From Epiperipatus broadwayi (taxonomy: Eukaryota > Animalia > Onychophora), in assembly GCA_028023455.1 (NCBI GenBank), contig JAQFVV010000008.1:1-64000 (forward strand): 64,000 bases of DNA, given 5' to 3'. The notes under the pieces were generated by a model. It made no database searches, was not told where the DNA came from, and saw only the letters and a program-made list of their open reading frames with translations. Made by a program: the position numbers and the translations under genes. Below, piece after piece: positions 11,985 to 24,505 of this stretch. The number at the start of each line of letters is the position of its first letter. Position 1 is the first letter of the stretch.

Positions 11985-13015
11985 CACCTGGGTCTCGTTT
12001 TACGTGATAGATAGGTTCCTCAGAAAACACGTGCAAACGAAACTGCACAAAAATAGACTTAACTTACATTGAAAAAGAGGGGATGCGGTCTGTGATTTTT
12101 CAAAATTCGCATAAAAGCAAAGCACCAACGTAAAATTACTTTAAAATTCGCGCAAAAAAAAAAAAAATAAGGAAATAAAATATGACTAATAAAAAATTTC
12201 AAATTTGAAAAAAATTGATACAAGACAAACTTTTTTTACAAATTTGAAAAAAAATTGATACAAGACAAACTTTTTTTAACTATAATATTTAATTTTATTC
12301 AAAATAATATATTTTTATGCATAATTTACAGTACAGTAATTTACATTTTTTTATACACGTTTTAATTATTATGATTTTCTGGTGACAACGTAATTAGTAA
12401 TTAATCTTTGAGACGATGATTTTATTAATTGTTTAAGAAGCTCGCAGTATCCAGACATACAAACATTTAGTTCTCGTTGGAATTTAAGAGCACGTTAATG
12501 ATTAGTGTCATTAATAAGAAAATAATAAGTGATTATGTTCTTTTTTAAAAAGCAAAAACAGAATGTGATTTAAAATGCAAAATTAACAAGCACAATGTTT
12601 GAACAAATTTACATTATATTCTTGTAAAATTTAATATGTGTATACATAAAATGTGGAAATCATGATTTTAATTTCATTATTGCATAAAATCTTACTATTA
12701 TAAAGCACTACATTCAAATATCAGCCTTTCATGCTAATTGTGCATATGCTTTACGAGGTTTAATAAGCGTGAAAGGCTGATATTTTGAATGTAACTATAT
12801 AAAATAAATGCTTATTATAAAACACTGAAAATATTGAAATTACTAAAATAGAAGTCGAATTCCAATAATGTGCTATTACTTTCAATATAACGTAAGTGCG
12901 CAAAATTTATTATTTAAAGTAATAGCGCATTATCGGAAATCGACTTCCGGTGAAACATGAATCGCATAACTTCAAAATCGTGTTAAATAAGTCCACGTAA
13001 AAAGAGACCCAGGTG
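11985..13015. mobile_element. MITE, Tc1/mariner/pogo(Tigger)-like, copy 1
   Basis: TIRs cacctgggtctcgttttacgtg / cacgtaaaaagagacccaggtg, flanked by TA on both sides. No ORF. Homologous copy at 20716-21661. Confidence 0.9.
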
Positions 13016-13899
13016 TATATTCAAAATATATCATTATCTGATTTTTGATGACCATTATTAGCATAGACATATTAGTCATGTGAGTTATTCAGGGATTTAA
13101 GGGCATTATCTAATAGTATACTTAAAATTTATTTCCTTTTTAAATATGATTTTAAAAATTTTCATATGTTAGCAGAATATGTGGCAATTTAAAAAAATAG
13201 GGGATTTGATTAATTATGATTTAGTGGCTCTTTAAATGTTTTGGATTTTTCATATTTTAATTCTTGCCATCAAGATTATTTTTGAATAATTTCAAAATTG
13301 AATTATAAGTATTTTGGAGAAGTGCAGAGATGTTCCCATGTCTAAGAATATCTTTCATATTTTCTTCCACTTTTTTTATTAAAAATCTTTTTATAGCCTG
13401 CCAAATGCATATATGTTTTAATATTATATTATGTAACTTGTTTTAATATCTGACAGGTTGAATATTTGTTTTCATGTGGATCTTCTGGACATAAATTCAA
13501 AATGCCCCTTGGATATATACAGAAGAAAGAATGCCTTTATTTAGTCATTAATTATGTTGATGATTATTTTACTAGCATTGAAATTAATGCTTTCTTGTAA
13601 AACAGGATAAAAATTAAATGAGATCATTAGTCACATTTCATTATTTAAAGCATTGATGGGTGATTTTATTTTTGTTTAGTTCTATGGTTTTTATGATTTT
13701 AGCCATTAATTCCATCAACCTCAAGATCTTTTCTAATTATTTAACTTTTGTTCTGCTATTTATAATCTAAAAATATCTGATTTAGATCATTTCATTCATT
13801 TTTTGGATAATATGGCTTGTGTTAAAAACAACAACAGTATTTCTTTCATCCCTTAATTATTTTGGTTAAATTTGTCATAGTATTTCCTTAAAAGTTTTT

Positions 13900-15140
13900 T
13901 TTTTCTTGGGTATGAATTCATGAGAAAGATATTTTATTATATGAGGGAATATTTTGTTTGTATTGATATTAATTGTTTTCAAGATCCATTTTTACTATTA
14001 AGCCATACTTTTTTGTTTTCTTGATCCACTTTAGTTATTATTGAAAGACATTCCAGAAGTCTAATGTTTTTAATATCTTTTTTTTTTTTTGATGTTGATA
14101 TATGATCCAGTTCTGTTTTTAATTGTCCTGAAAATATTGAAATAGTGTTAGGATGTGATGTGTTCCATATTGTAACGTTCATTTCAGTAGTAAATTATAT
14201 GAGATGTTATCATCTTAAATTTCTCTTACTATTCTGCATTTTTCCTTCACATTTTAAATAATTATCTGTTTTTATATTGTAGAATGACTATTTCTTTTAT
14301 TTCAAACTTTTTTGATCGTCTTCAATTCTCAAATAAATTTTCTCAATTTCAGATTTTGGGGCATCATTTGTTAATAGTATGATAATCAATATTTTATTAA
14401 TCACTATATTGTAGATAACATTGAAGTGAATTAATTTCTTTTTCTTTACAACACATGTCATGCAATTTCATCCAGTTAAAAGTTTGTCTCAATAATATAT
14501 CACATGACTCTTTGTTATGAAGTGTCATTTTCTTTCCAGCACATCATCAATATTTCACAAAGATGAATAATTTGTTTAATTAATTCTCATTCACTGATAG
14601 GAAGTTTTTTTGTTGTAATATTTTTATTGCATTTCATGTACCAATCATAAAGCTTGTCTCTTAATTATTATGTTGTTGTTTTTTTCCATAATATAAAACA
14701 GTATTAGATTTACCGTGCAAGACCTGGCCAACTGTCTTAGCATGTCCAATTACAAATTTCATACCAACCAAACTGGAAATTGATTATTGCTTTTAATTGC
14801 ATTGTATACTCATTATTCTGGTTTGTTTGTTTTTAATCATAACTTGCTTTGGATAAAATAGATGAATATTTTTCCCTTGATTATCTGCCTCATATCATTC
14901 ACTGAGTCTAGCCAGTTCTTCTTTTAGGATAAGCAAGACTTGATTTGGTTTTTGAAGTTTAATTTCCTTTTGATGGGTTTTCTTCATTGCTGCAGATGAG
15001 ATCTATCTTCCCTTAATGTTCTACCAAGATTGCTTCTTCTTGATACATGAGGATTTGGGATTTGCATGGGGCAGGAATGTAAACTCTGTAATAAAACTAT
15101 CCCACAGAGAATCCAACGAATCCCCATCCATTTGTTCCAT
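13900..15140 (-). mobile_element. Decayed RTE-like LINE, 5' region and AP endonuclease
   Basis: Minus-strand relics FMIGT*NA (IGTWNV), LTNDAPKSEIEKIYLRIE (YAPT.DA..EEIE.FY), TIWNTSHPN...KTELDHI (TW.SP...N.IDHI). Many stops and frameshifts. Confidence 0.6.
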
Positions 15141-18049
15141 ATTAAAATATTTATTTGAATAATAAAGTGAAAAGAGGGATTAGGGTGAGGCAGTTTTTAT
15201 TTTGAATTTGGGAATAATATTGCAGTTAATGCTTGAAAAATATAATTAAATGTTTATATATATTTTTTTGACAATAAGACTTCGTTTTTGTATTCTTCCT
15301 TAAGTTAGTAAGTGTTAAAAAGAAATTTGGATTTTATTACCAATGAAATTATAAAAATGTTTTTGAAAAATGGTAAAATTATTCTTTACATATTTGAGTT
15401 TATTATTTGTAATTAGAATTTATACCAATTTAATTAACGAAACATTATTTAATGATGAGCAAAACAATTATAACATGTGCTTTTAATAATAATAATAATA
15501 ATATGTTGTTTCAAATTATATATTAAAAAAACTATCCATGCAATGAAATATCTTGTTGAAAACTTGATTTGTCAATAATTAGTGTGATAAAATGGCAGGT
15601 CCAGCAATGATGTAATTGGGGGAAAAATAATTGTATTTTTGTGATGGCTTATTATGAAGCCCCCCCCCCTTCCCCCCAAAAATAGACTAAAGTTGGGAAG
15701 GGGGGGGTATAAAACCAAGGTCAATGCAACGAGAATTTACTACTTATGTGTTATTAGCTATTAGCATTATTTCAATTTATTTTTTATTCATCAATATATA
15801 TGTATTTTGCTGTATTAATTTTATATTGTTCTATGCAATATTTAAACATAACCAATTATATGATACAGTAATATATTAAAGAGCTATAATTTGTAATATT
15901 ATAAATGAAAGTTATGAGCTAGGTGACGATTTTTTATTTCTCATTAACAAAATAAAATATTATATTTAGATGTCAATACAAGACTCGTAATATTTGGAAA
16001 TTTAATATGCTCTGTGAAATTTTCATTTTATGTATAATATTTTTATTCTAAGATGAGTAAGGGAAATTAGAACGACTACCTATAATATAGTTTACTGCTG
16101 CTCATTGCTCCCCCCCCCCTCTTTTCCACCGCATAATTTATGCTATTATTTCAATATTTAGAACTACATCATCAAGCTTAATGAGTCTTTACATCATCAA
16201 AATATCGCTTAAAAACTAATTTGTAATTTTGATTTTATTAACTAAAGTGGTTTTTACTAAGCATATATATATTGATGTATGTTTAATATAATCGGCCAGA
16301 TATAATTTTACGTGCTTATACATATTTTCATTCAGTAATCTTTTGTTTGTTTTGATTAATTCGATGATAAATTACTTATTTTTATGTGTATAACCTAAAC
16401 AACACATCCATCACACATTTATAATGTTTGAAAAATTTAAAAATATATACACCCCTGCAGTATTTTATAATTTAATATTTTATTTCTTTACTTTCTTATT
16501 AATTATATCAGTTTGATGTTTTAGATTTTAAATTTATTTTAATAAAACCTCAGCCAGTACTGATTTACTCATTGGTCGTAGAGCCTGCTGGTTCATTTGT
16601 TATAATGTGCTGCCACCTGCTGATGTATCCATTACTTTACTCGCAGGGATGTTTTTTTTATTTGACATTGAAAAGATCCTTCTCATCATTTTGGTAAACT
16701 ATAAAATAATTGTCTTGAATGTTAAATTTAAAAGGGAAATAATAATATTAGAAGTCATTCAGTTTTATGCAGAAGGTATTGTTACAATTAAGGGAGAAGC
16801 TATTATTTCTATTTTGTAATTTGTTATGAGCTCTTGCAGCTGATTCCATTGAATGAATTTATGAATGGAGGTGTTTCTTTTTTTTCCAATAAAAATCTAT
16901 AATACATTTAAAATGTAAAGTTTATGTAATTTTTTTAACATTTTTATAAACATTGTATCCATATTTTTTTTTAACTTAAAGAATATTTTATATAACATAT
17001 TGAGATATCTAGTCATTTATCTTAGTGCAGTATTAATTTTATTATAGAAATACACGCACGCACACGTTCTGCACATATATGTTACAATTTAATCCAACAA
17101 TTTTTTTATCCCAAGCAGAATTATAATGAACCCTTCAAATTAGTATTTCTGATTTATTTAACTAATATTGATATTTCATCTTGAATACATAAATATTTTA
17201 AATAATAATGAACATTTTACATTAAATAAATTAATGTACATATTTCAAAATTAAATTGCCATATAAATATATAGTTCAGTGAATATCCTGTAAATAAATA
17301 TCAATTGTTACGACCATTATTTCTGATTTGTTTTTCATGTTTGAAATTTGTGATTTTCATTTTGTCCTAAAAAATAGCAATTAAAAATTTTTTAGCACAT
17401 TTTTTAAAATTTTGTATATAATGATATTGCTCAAGAATTCATACAAAGTTTGAACACCAGAAATGGCAAAGTTTGAATCGTGTTCAGTGGGTCTTATAGA
17501 AATTGCCAATCTCTTGCTAAATTAAATCATATATTCTTTACTTACTGTATGTATATACTTTTTTTTTTTTTTTTTTTAACTGCAAGAGGTAACAAGATAA
17601 TAAACTTTAATTACTAGATTTTTCAAAATGTTATTAGAACAGGCAAAACTCTCCATACAATAGTGCCACTACTCAGTGCAAGCCAGAGTAATCAATGGAT
17701 GTCAGAAGGCTTGTGCATGAAGTCCCTATCTAGTGCCTACTCATCCAATATCCCCAGACTAGTTTCTGATTTGTGGCCTTTGTAAGTGAGGAGCCTTGGA
17801 TATGAAAGCATTGCAGCTAGATCTTAGGATCTAATGCAACCCTTCTGCAGCCACCTTTTATCTCTACTTAACTACAAAACTATGAGAACAAAATTTAAAA
17901 CACAATAATATTTTCAACCCAAGATCATTAGCTTATATGGTCATGTAGGTCTGAACTCGATTCAGTAGCCATACATTTTGGTGTCCTAAGCAGCACATTG
18001 CCAGGATCCATACCATTAGTTCATTGTAGAAAAAAAACCCATAGATATT

Positions 18050-21000
18050 GTCATGACTCACATTCTTCAATGATATTTTTTATAGACTTCATTTTTCATG
18101 CATAATGGGCAAACTATATCAATATTATATCCCCTCCTGTAGTATAAGAAGGCCCTGGTAGAAAGGGCACCCAAGTTGACTTTCAGCAGGAATTCAATGA
18201 AATTGGGACTGAGTTTCAAGAATTTTGTCAATTTTGTCATTCGCTGCATTCCGATAGGACGCTATCAAGATGTCTTTATTTTTTCAGGGAACATACATTG
18301 ATATCCATCCCAATAAGATAGTTTACTGTGTAGGAGGGAGCCAGTTGGTTTGATACTTTGAATTACCATTGTAATCTGTTGCTGCAGCCACATACTCTGG
18401 CATTTGGATGGCAGCCGGTCCGTAGGTTCAACCGGTTCACTAGGGAGGGGACTTTTTCATGTCTGGATTGTCCCTGAATAGCTTGTACAAAACATTATAT
18501 GTACACTGAAGGTTAAAAACCTTAAGGGAAGGGAGAGAGAGTCCGTTGAGGGATATAGGCTTCTGAAGAGTGTTTAGGCTAATGACTGGGCCTTCCTCCC
18601 CCCCAACCTAATCTTGTACAGATCATCTCGATCTTGCTGATAAATGTTTTCATAAGGGAAAATCCAGTCAGGTAGTAGAGGATTTTAGATAGTACTACCG
18701 AATTTAATAGGGTGACTTTCCCAAACAGAGAAAGAAATACTTTTGATAATGATATAACTATGTTTTCAACCTTGGTAAATAAAGAGTTTGTATTCCCTTC
18801 TCATTACAATTGGGGGGGAGGCAGCTGAAAGCCAAGGAATTTTTGAGGGAGGACTCAAAACCACCCAGAATCTTATTGCCACATAGGATGGACCATAAGG
18901 CTGACTTCTTTCTATTGACCCTCAGACCAAACTGGCAAGCAAAGTGGTCCAAGAGCTCTTCTAACCCAGTCAATTCATGCTGAGATGTAAGAAACACCAC
19001 CACCTTGTCCATATAGGAGATATGACGAATGTTCTCTTTCCGCATAGTAATGGCTATTCCAGGGAAAAGTGGCCTTAGTGCATAATAGCAATAGATTAAC
19101 ATAGGCCACGAAGAGAAGTGCACTCAATGCTGAGCCCTGCAGGATGGAAACATATGACCGAAATCCTGGGGTGACATGACCATCAAAGTGTGAAACACTT
19201 CATGGTTACGAAGGTTTCCAATCATTTGGAGGTATGCCAAAGGCACTTGAAGTTCCTCCAGTACACTGAACAGAACTTCAATCCAGGCACAATCAAAGGC
19301 TCTGAAAAAGTCGAGTTGAACTGCAACTGTCCGAGACATCCTTCTCCTTTGAATGTGATCAAAAAGGAGGCAAAATCATCTGATTGGCATCGGCAGTGGA
19401 ATAATCCTTTCTTGGCATATTGATTGGAAGACAAATGGTGTATGATATTATCCTGGATATCTTCTTTGATGAGACTTTCAATAGTCTTCACCAGTACAGT
19501 GGTACCATCGAGATTGCTCGCAGATTATCTAGTACATGAGAGGCTTCCCACTTTTTAATGAAGGGAACCATTGAGATTGGACAGATCCCATTCAATTCGC
19601 AACTATCACTAGTGATGAGGTCTACCATTCCCTTAATAATCAGAATGGTGAAAGATCGCAAATGTACTAATAAGAATTTTGGAATCCCATTCAGGCCAGG
19701 ATGAGTTCAATTGGGAAATGACTTTATTGTCATCAATATCTGACCTTCTGTAATCTGGTGTATATCAGTTTCATTTGTTACATCTGTTGCCCATCCCAAG
19801 TGGTTGGAATTTCTTTAAATAGAAAGTGTGTATCCTGGCCAGCATAAAAAGACTGGAGTAACTATATTCCCCTGAACCTCAATTGATTTGGGGGCTTTTG
19901 TTCTTTTACTGGATCCAAGAGCCCATCTCATAAATCCCCTGGTCCAGCAATGTTGGTATTCAAGATAATGTCGAGTTCTTTTAATCAAGAAATATTCAGT
20001 CAGAGCTTTCTGTGTTACCTTTATATCTTGCTTTCAAATTTCAGGATATTTGAGATATTTTGCTCCTCATAGGGTAAATGTTTAAGGATCCAATTCTTTA
20101 AGCATTTGAATGGTTCTTTTGTCATACGGGTGTATTTTATGATTAAGTTTCTTAAAATTCCAATAAATTACCCCCATGCAACCTGTGTGGGAAGGGTTAA
20201 TATCTGATTTTTGTTGAAGACTATATATGCCTTAGAAATCAATTGAATGGTAATGTTATATTTAGTTAGCATCCTAATAGTCTGTGGCATCTCATCGAAC
20301 ATTTGAGCATCAATTTCAGGATTAATTCTCACCTCCAGCGCAAAATGATCAGAAAAGACAGTCGGCCAGAAGTGAGCTTCAATAAGGGAGCTAAGGAAGG
20401 ACTGAAAAATACCAGATCGATTAATGTCCTTGACTGTTTTGTATAAAAAGAGAAAGCAGGTTCAGAAAAGAATCTTCTTCTACTATCAACTGGCTCATTA
20501 AGGCCCTAGATGAACTTATTCTGGAATTGTTCATATTATGGTTAAAGTTGCCAATTATCAAGGTCAGAAATGGACTGGTTCTCAGGATGGAATTGATCAT
20601 GTGAATGATCCTGAGAACCAAATGGGGTCTTTTGTCAAATAAACATTTACCAAATTTAGAAACCAAACATTAAATTGAATTATTGCAATCAAACAGTTGG
20701 AATCAATATAAAGTACACCTGTCTCATTTTACATGATAGATAGGTTCCTCAGAAAACACGCGCAAACGAAATCGCGCAAAAATAGACGTAACTTACCTTG
20801 AAAAAGGGGAGATACGGACTGTGTAAAAGCAAAGTACCAACGTAAAATTACTTTAAAATTCGTGCAAAAAAAAAAAATAATAAGGAAATAAAATATGACT
20901 AATAAAAAATTTCAAATTTGAAAAAAATTGATAAAAGACAAACTTTTTTTAACTATAATATTTAGTTTTATTCAAAACAATATATTTTTATGCATAATTT

Positions 21001-21910
21001 ACAGTAATTTACATTTTTTTAATACACGTTTTAATTATTATCGCTATTTGCTGTTAAACAGGTTCGTTTGCAAACCGGTAAAAAATCAGATTCTTTACAA
21101 GAGGAAATACAACTAGCGCCAATGTCACTCTCATGTTGTGTTAATGGTTTTCTGGTGACAACGTAATTAGTAATTAATCTAAAAATTAAATTCTTATTTT
21201 TGTCTTTAATTTTTTAATTTTCAATTTTAATTGTGCCCACTGCTATTACTCACCTTTAAAAAAAAACTTGCGGACACTAAATGATTAATAATTGATTACG
21301 TTCTTTTTTAAAAAGCAAAAACAGAATGTGATTTAAAATGCAAAATCAACACGCACAATGTTTGAACAGATTTACAATACAATCTTGTAAAATTTAATGT
21401 GTGTATACATAGAATGTGGAAATCATGATTTTAATTTCATTATTGCATAAAATCTTACTATTATAAAGCACTGAAAATATTGAAATTACTAAGATGAAAG
21501 TCGAATTCCAATAATGTGCTATTACTTTTAATATGACGTAAATGCGCAAAATTTATTATTTAAAGTAATAGCGCATTATCGGAGTTCGACTTTCGGAGAA
21601 ACATGAATCGCATAATTTCAAAATCGTGTTAAATAAATCCGCATAAAAACAGACCCATATGTACTTTAAACAATAAGATTAGTAGTTTCTTGTTGATTAG
21701 AATGGCAACTCCTCCTGCAGCAGATGATGAGTAAGAATAATGAAAGCACCCTAATTGTTCAATTAGGCCAATAATACTAGAGTCAGGATGAAGATGGATC
21801 TTTGTTTCACTCAAGCAGAGGATATCCGAAGCCTGACTTCCAAACCAATGCATTAGAGCTTATGCTCTGTCTTGTGAGTTCAGGCCCCTGACATTGATCA
21901 AGAAGATAGT
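18050..21910 (-). pseudogene. LINE ORF2 relic (AP endonuclease, reverse transcriptase, CCHC)
   Basis: INVRGLN..., DILCLSETK, GGVAILINKK (21910-21664); continues after the MITE as VLYIDSNCLIAIIQFNVWFLNLVNVY; then AVQLDFFRAFD (19.3 kb), SYMDKVVVFL, VNRKKS and CPLCMKNE (18.1 kb). Confidence 0.85.
20716..21661. mobile_element. MITE copy 2, inserted at a TA inside the LINE endonuclease
   Basis: Colinear with 11985-13015; TA at 20714-15 and 21662-63; slightly decayed TIRs. Confidence 0.9.
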
Positions 21911-22279
21911 TATCAAGCTTGTCTTTCTCAATTCCAGTCCCGTCAGGATCAGGATCCTGCATTTTGAGAGGCAGATCATCTTCACTGGTCTAGGTCAGAA
22001 ATCATCTCCATTAACAGTAGAGAAGAAACCCAGCTTGTCCAGCAGCACAATATGCTCAGGGCTATTCAGGACAAGAATGTCTACAGCTTTGAATGTTCCC
22101 TTAGCATTAATTACATCACTATTCTCTGGGATAGCTATTTCCATTGAGAATTTGTTCCTCTGTTTCTTTTATCTGGGGCATGATTTTATTAAAGTTTGAT
22201 CCTGCAGTCCCCCTGGTTTAGTGTGAAGGCTGTTTCCACTACCACTCGAGTAACCTGGGGAAGATTTGGATTTTTGACA

Positions 22280-24505
22280 TCAGTTCTTTCTTTTACATTG
22301 ACCCACAAATGGAAGCTTTTCACTAATATCGGAATCACTCATTGATATCATTGAAAAGCTGTCTTCTTCATCTTCAATACATCCATCTGTGATCTCTTCT
22401 TCAGCCATTAATTTGTTATGTTCTGATGTTCGGCATGTATCTGTAACTTCTATATTTATTGGGATTCCTTGCTTTGATCTTTGGGTAGTCTTTAACCTAG
22501 CTCCCTGTTCTCTGTCATGTACTGCCCAGTTGTAATGGGTTGTAGTATTAGTTTTTCCAGTCTTTGATTCAGCAGTGGGTTGTTCAACCCTATCCACACT
22601 GTGAACTCTTCTGAGACTGTCCCCACATAGTCTACACTTTCCCTCCTGACAATTTCTTATTGTGTGCCCTCATTATTGACAATAGAAACATTGGGGTGGG
22701 ATGCCATGGAAAATAACTATGAGTGATGATTCCCCATGTTCCAACAGTCCAGGAATGGATAGTGGTGATATCCCTTTCCCTGGAATTAATTTGAACATGG
22801 CAACATCGGTAAAACCTTCAGTATCTGTCCTCTGTTCAAGCCTATAGTGGAAGTTAATAACAATTCCGAATGGACAATATTTTCTGAAGATCAACTTTTT
22901 CAAAGTTGATACAGTTCCATATGAGACCCTCCAGAATCTGCAGTTGATTAATATCAATGTTAACTAAATATCGATTATACAATGTTTTGTGATTGTTTTT
23001 AAAGGCTTCTTTCGCCAATGCATTTTTGAATTGAACAATAACGTATCATTTATTAGGATGAAAAAGAAATTTGAATATGGAACTCCAGAGATCATGTATT
23101 TTAAATAGGTCTTACAATGCCTTGATTGGGAATTTGAATAAACTAAGGTTGTTATCAGTGGTAGTTAAAATGATTGCATTATCGTTCTTATAATTTAGGA
23201 AAGTTCTATGTAGTAAGGCTGGAATAGTTTGATTAAAACATTCATTTATATTGTAGTGTTCGACAACATCACATAGGGAATTTATATTGTGTTCAAGTTG
23301 TCCCATCTCAGTGTTTTCCTCTTCCATTTCCATGCTCTGTTCATCCATTATTTCAATGGCTTTTTTCATATGGATCCTGAGATGATTTCTCTTTGTAATT
23401 CCCACCAGTAACTGTGGCCATTCTTCCAGGTGTGAACAGACATCTTTGAGTTTAATTGGCCACTTTTTGATTCAAATATGTCCTCACATAGCTGTTTGTC
23501 TCTAACATTCTTATTAGTCATTTCTGGTGCAGTTTTTGTAGTAAACTTTTTTGCTTGCCCCCAGAATTCATCCCAGATACCATTGGCATGTTCTTGGATA
23601 AATTGTCCATTGTATTTTGGTTCCTCTGTTAGTGTCTAACCCTATAATTCCAGTATTTATATTTATAATGTCATTTCCAGTATTTATATTCATAATGTCA
23701 TTTCCAGTATTATGCATATTTACGGTATAATTTGCATTTATATTATCTAATATTGTTTCAGTTTTTTTTAATATAACTTTTTTGTTTCATGCCAGAATTC
23801 GACCTCTTATCAACTGGACTGCCTTCAGATAAATTGTCTGTCATTCTGATATCTTTGTTAGCATCTGTCTTAATGTTTTTAGTACTTTTATCCTTCTGAA
23901 AGTCATTCTCAGCAAAAAAAATTTTGGTAAAGTTTCCGTTAATGTAGTCTAGTTTTTTTTTTTTTTTTAAGGACGCTGCTGGTGCACTAGTTTTTGAATT
24001 GTAATTTTTTTTTGTTTAACAAATCTAATTTTTTCTAAGGAAGAAAATTTGTTCCCATATTTAGATTGTTTGAATCAATTTTGGACTCCGGAAAAGATTT
24101 TTCTTTGATTTCGGTTCACTGCCAACTTCCGCCGCTGCTCGTAGCTTTCAAAGATGATTTTCGGTATATTATTTCTTCAGATCCACCAATTTTTGAAACA
24201 TAACTTTTATTTAAGGTTTTTAAAATATCTGATTTTTTCACAGCATTAAAGTTTGTTCCCAAATTTATATTATTTGAATCAGATTTGGATTCGAGGGAAG
24301 GTTTTCCTTTGTTTTTATTTAGCCACGAACTCCTGCCACTGCTTGTAACTTTAGGAAACAGTATTTTACATGTGATTTCTTCAGTATCAAGTTGTTTAGC
24401 CAATTCTGTCATTTTTAAACTGTGTATCGGTATTTCTAACATTTCTTTCAGATCTTGTGTTTCTACTAAGCATTTTAGAATCACTATTAGATTCTTTATC
24501 TCCAA
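22280..24505 (-). pseudogene. LINE ORF1 relic (gag-like; RRM-like region plus CCHC knuckles)
   Basis: IFHGIPPQCFYCQ**GHTIRNC followed by CRLCGDSLRRVH at ~22.7 kb; the upstream part is low-complexity. Homologous to the ORF1 relic at 34.3-35.3 kb. Confidence 0.7.
23648..23711. repeat. 27 bp tandem repeat, 2.3 copies
   Basis: ttccagtatt starts at 23648, 23675 and 23702. Confidence 0.9.

Noticed and set aside
15659-15710. C-tract/G-tract pair (possible hairpin or G4) and nearby hAT-MITE-like end atacacccctg at ~16450
   Set aside because: No matching second terminus found; too fragmentary to call.
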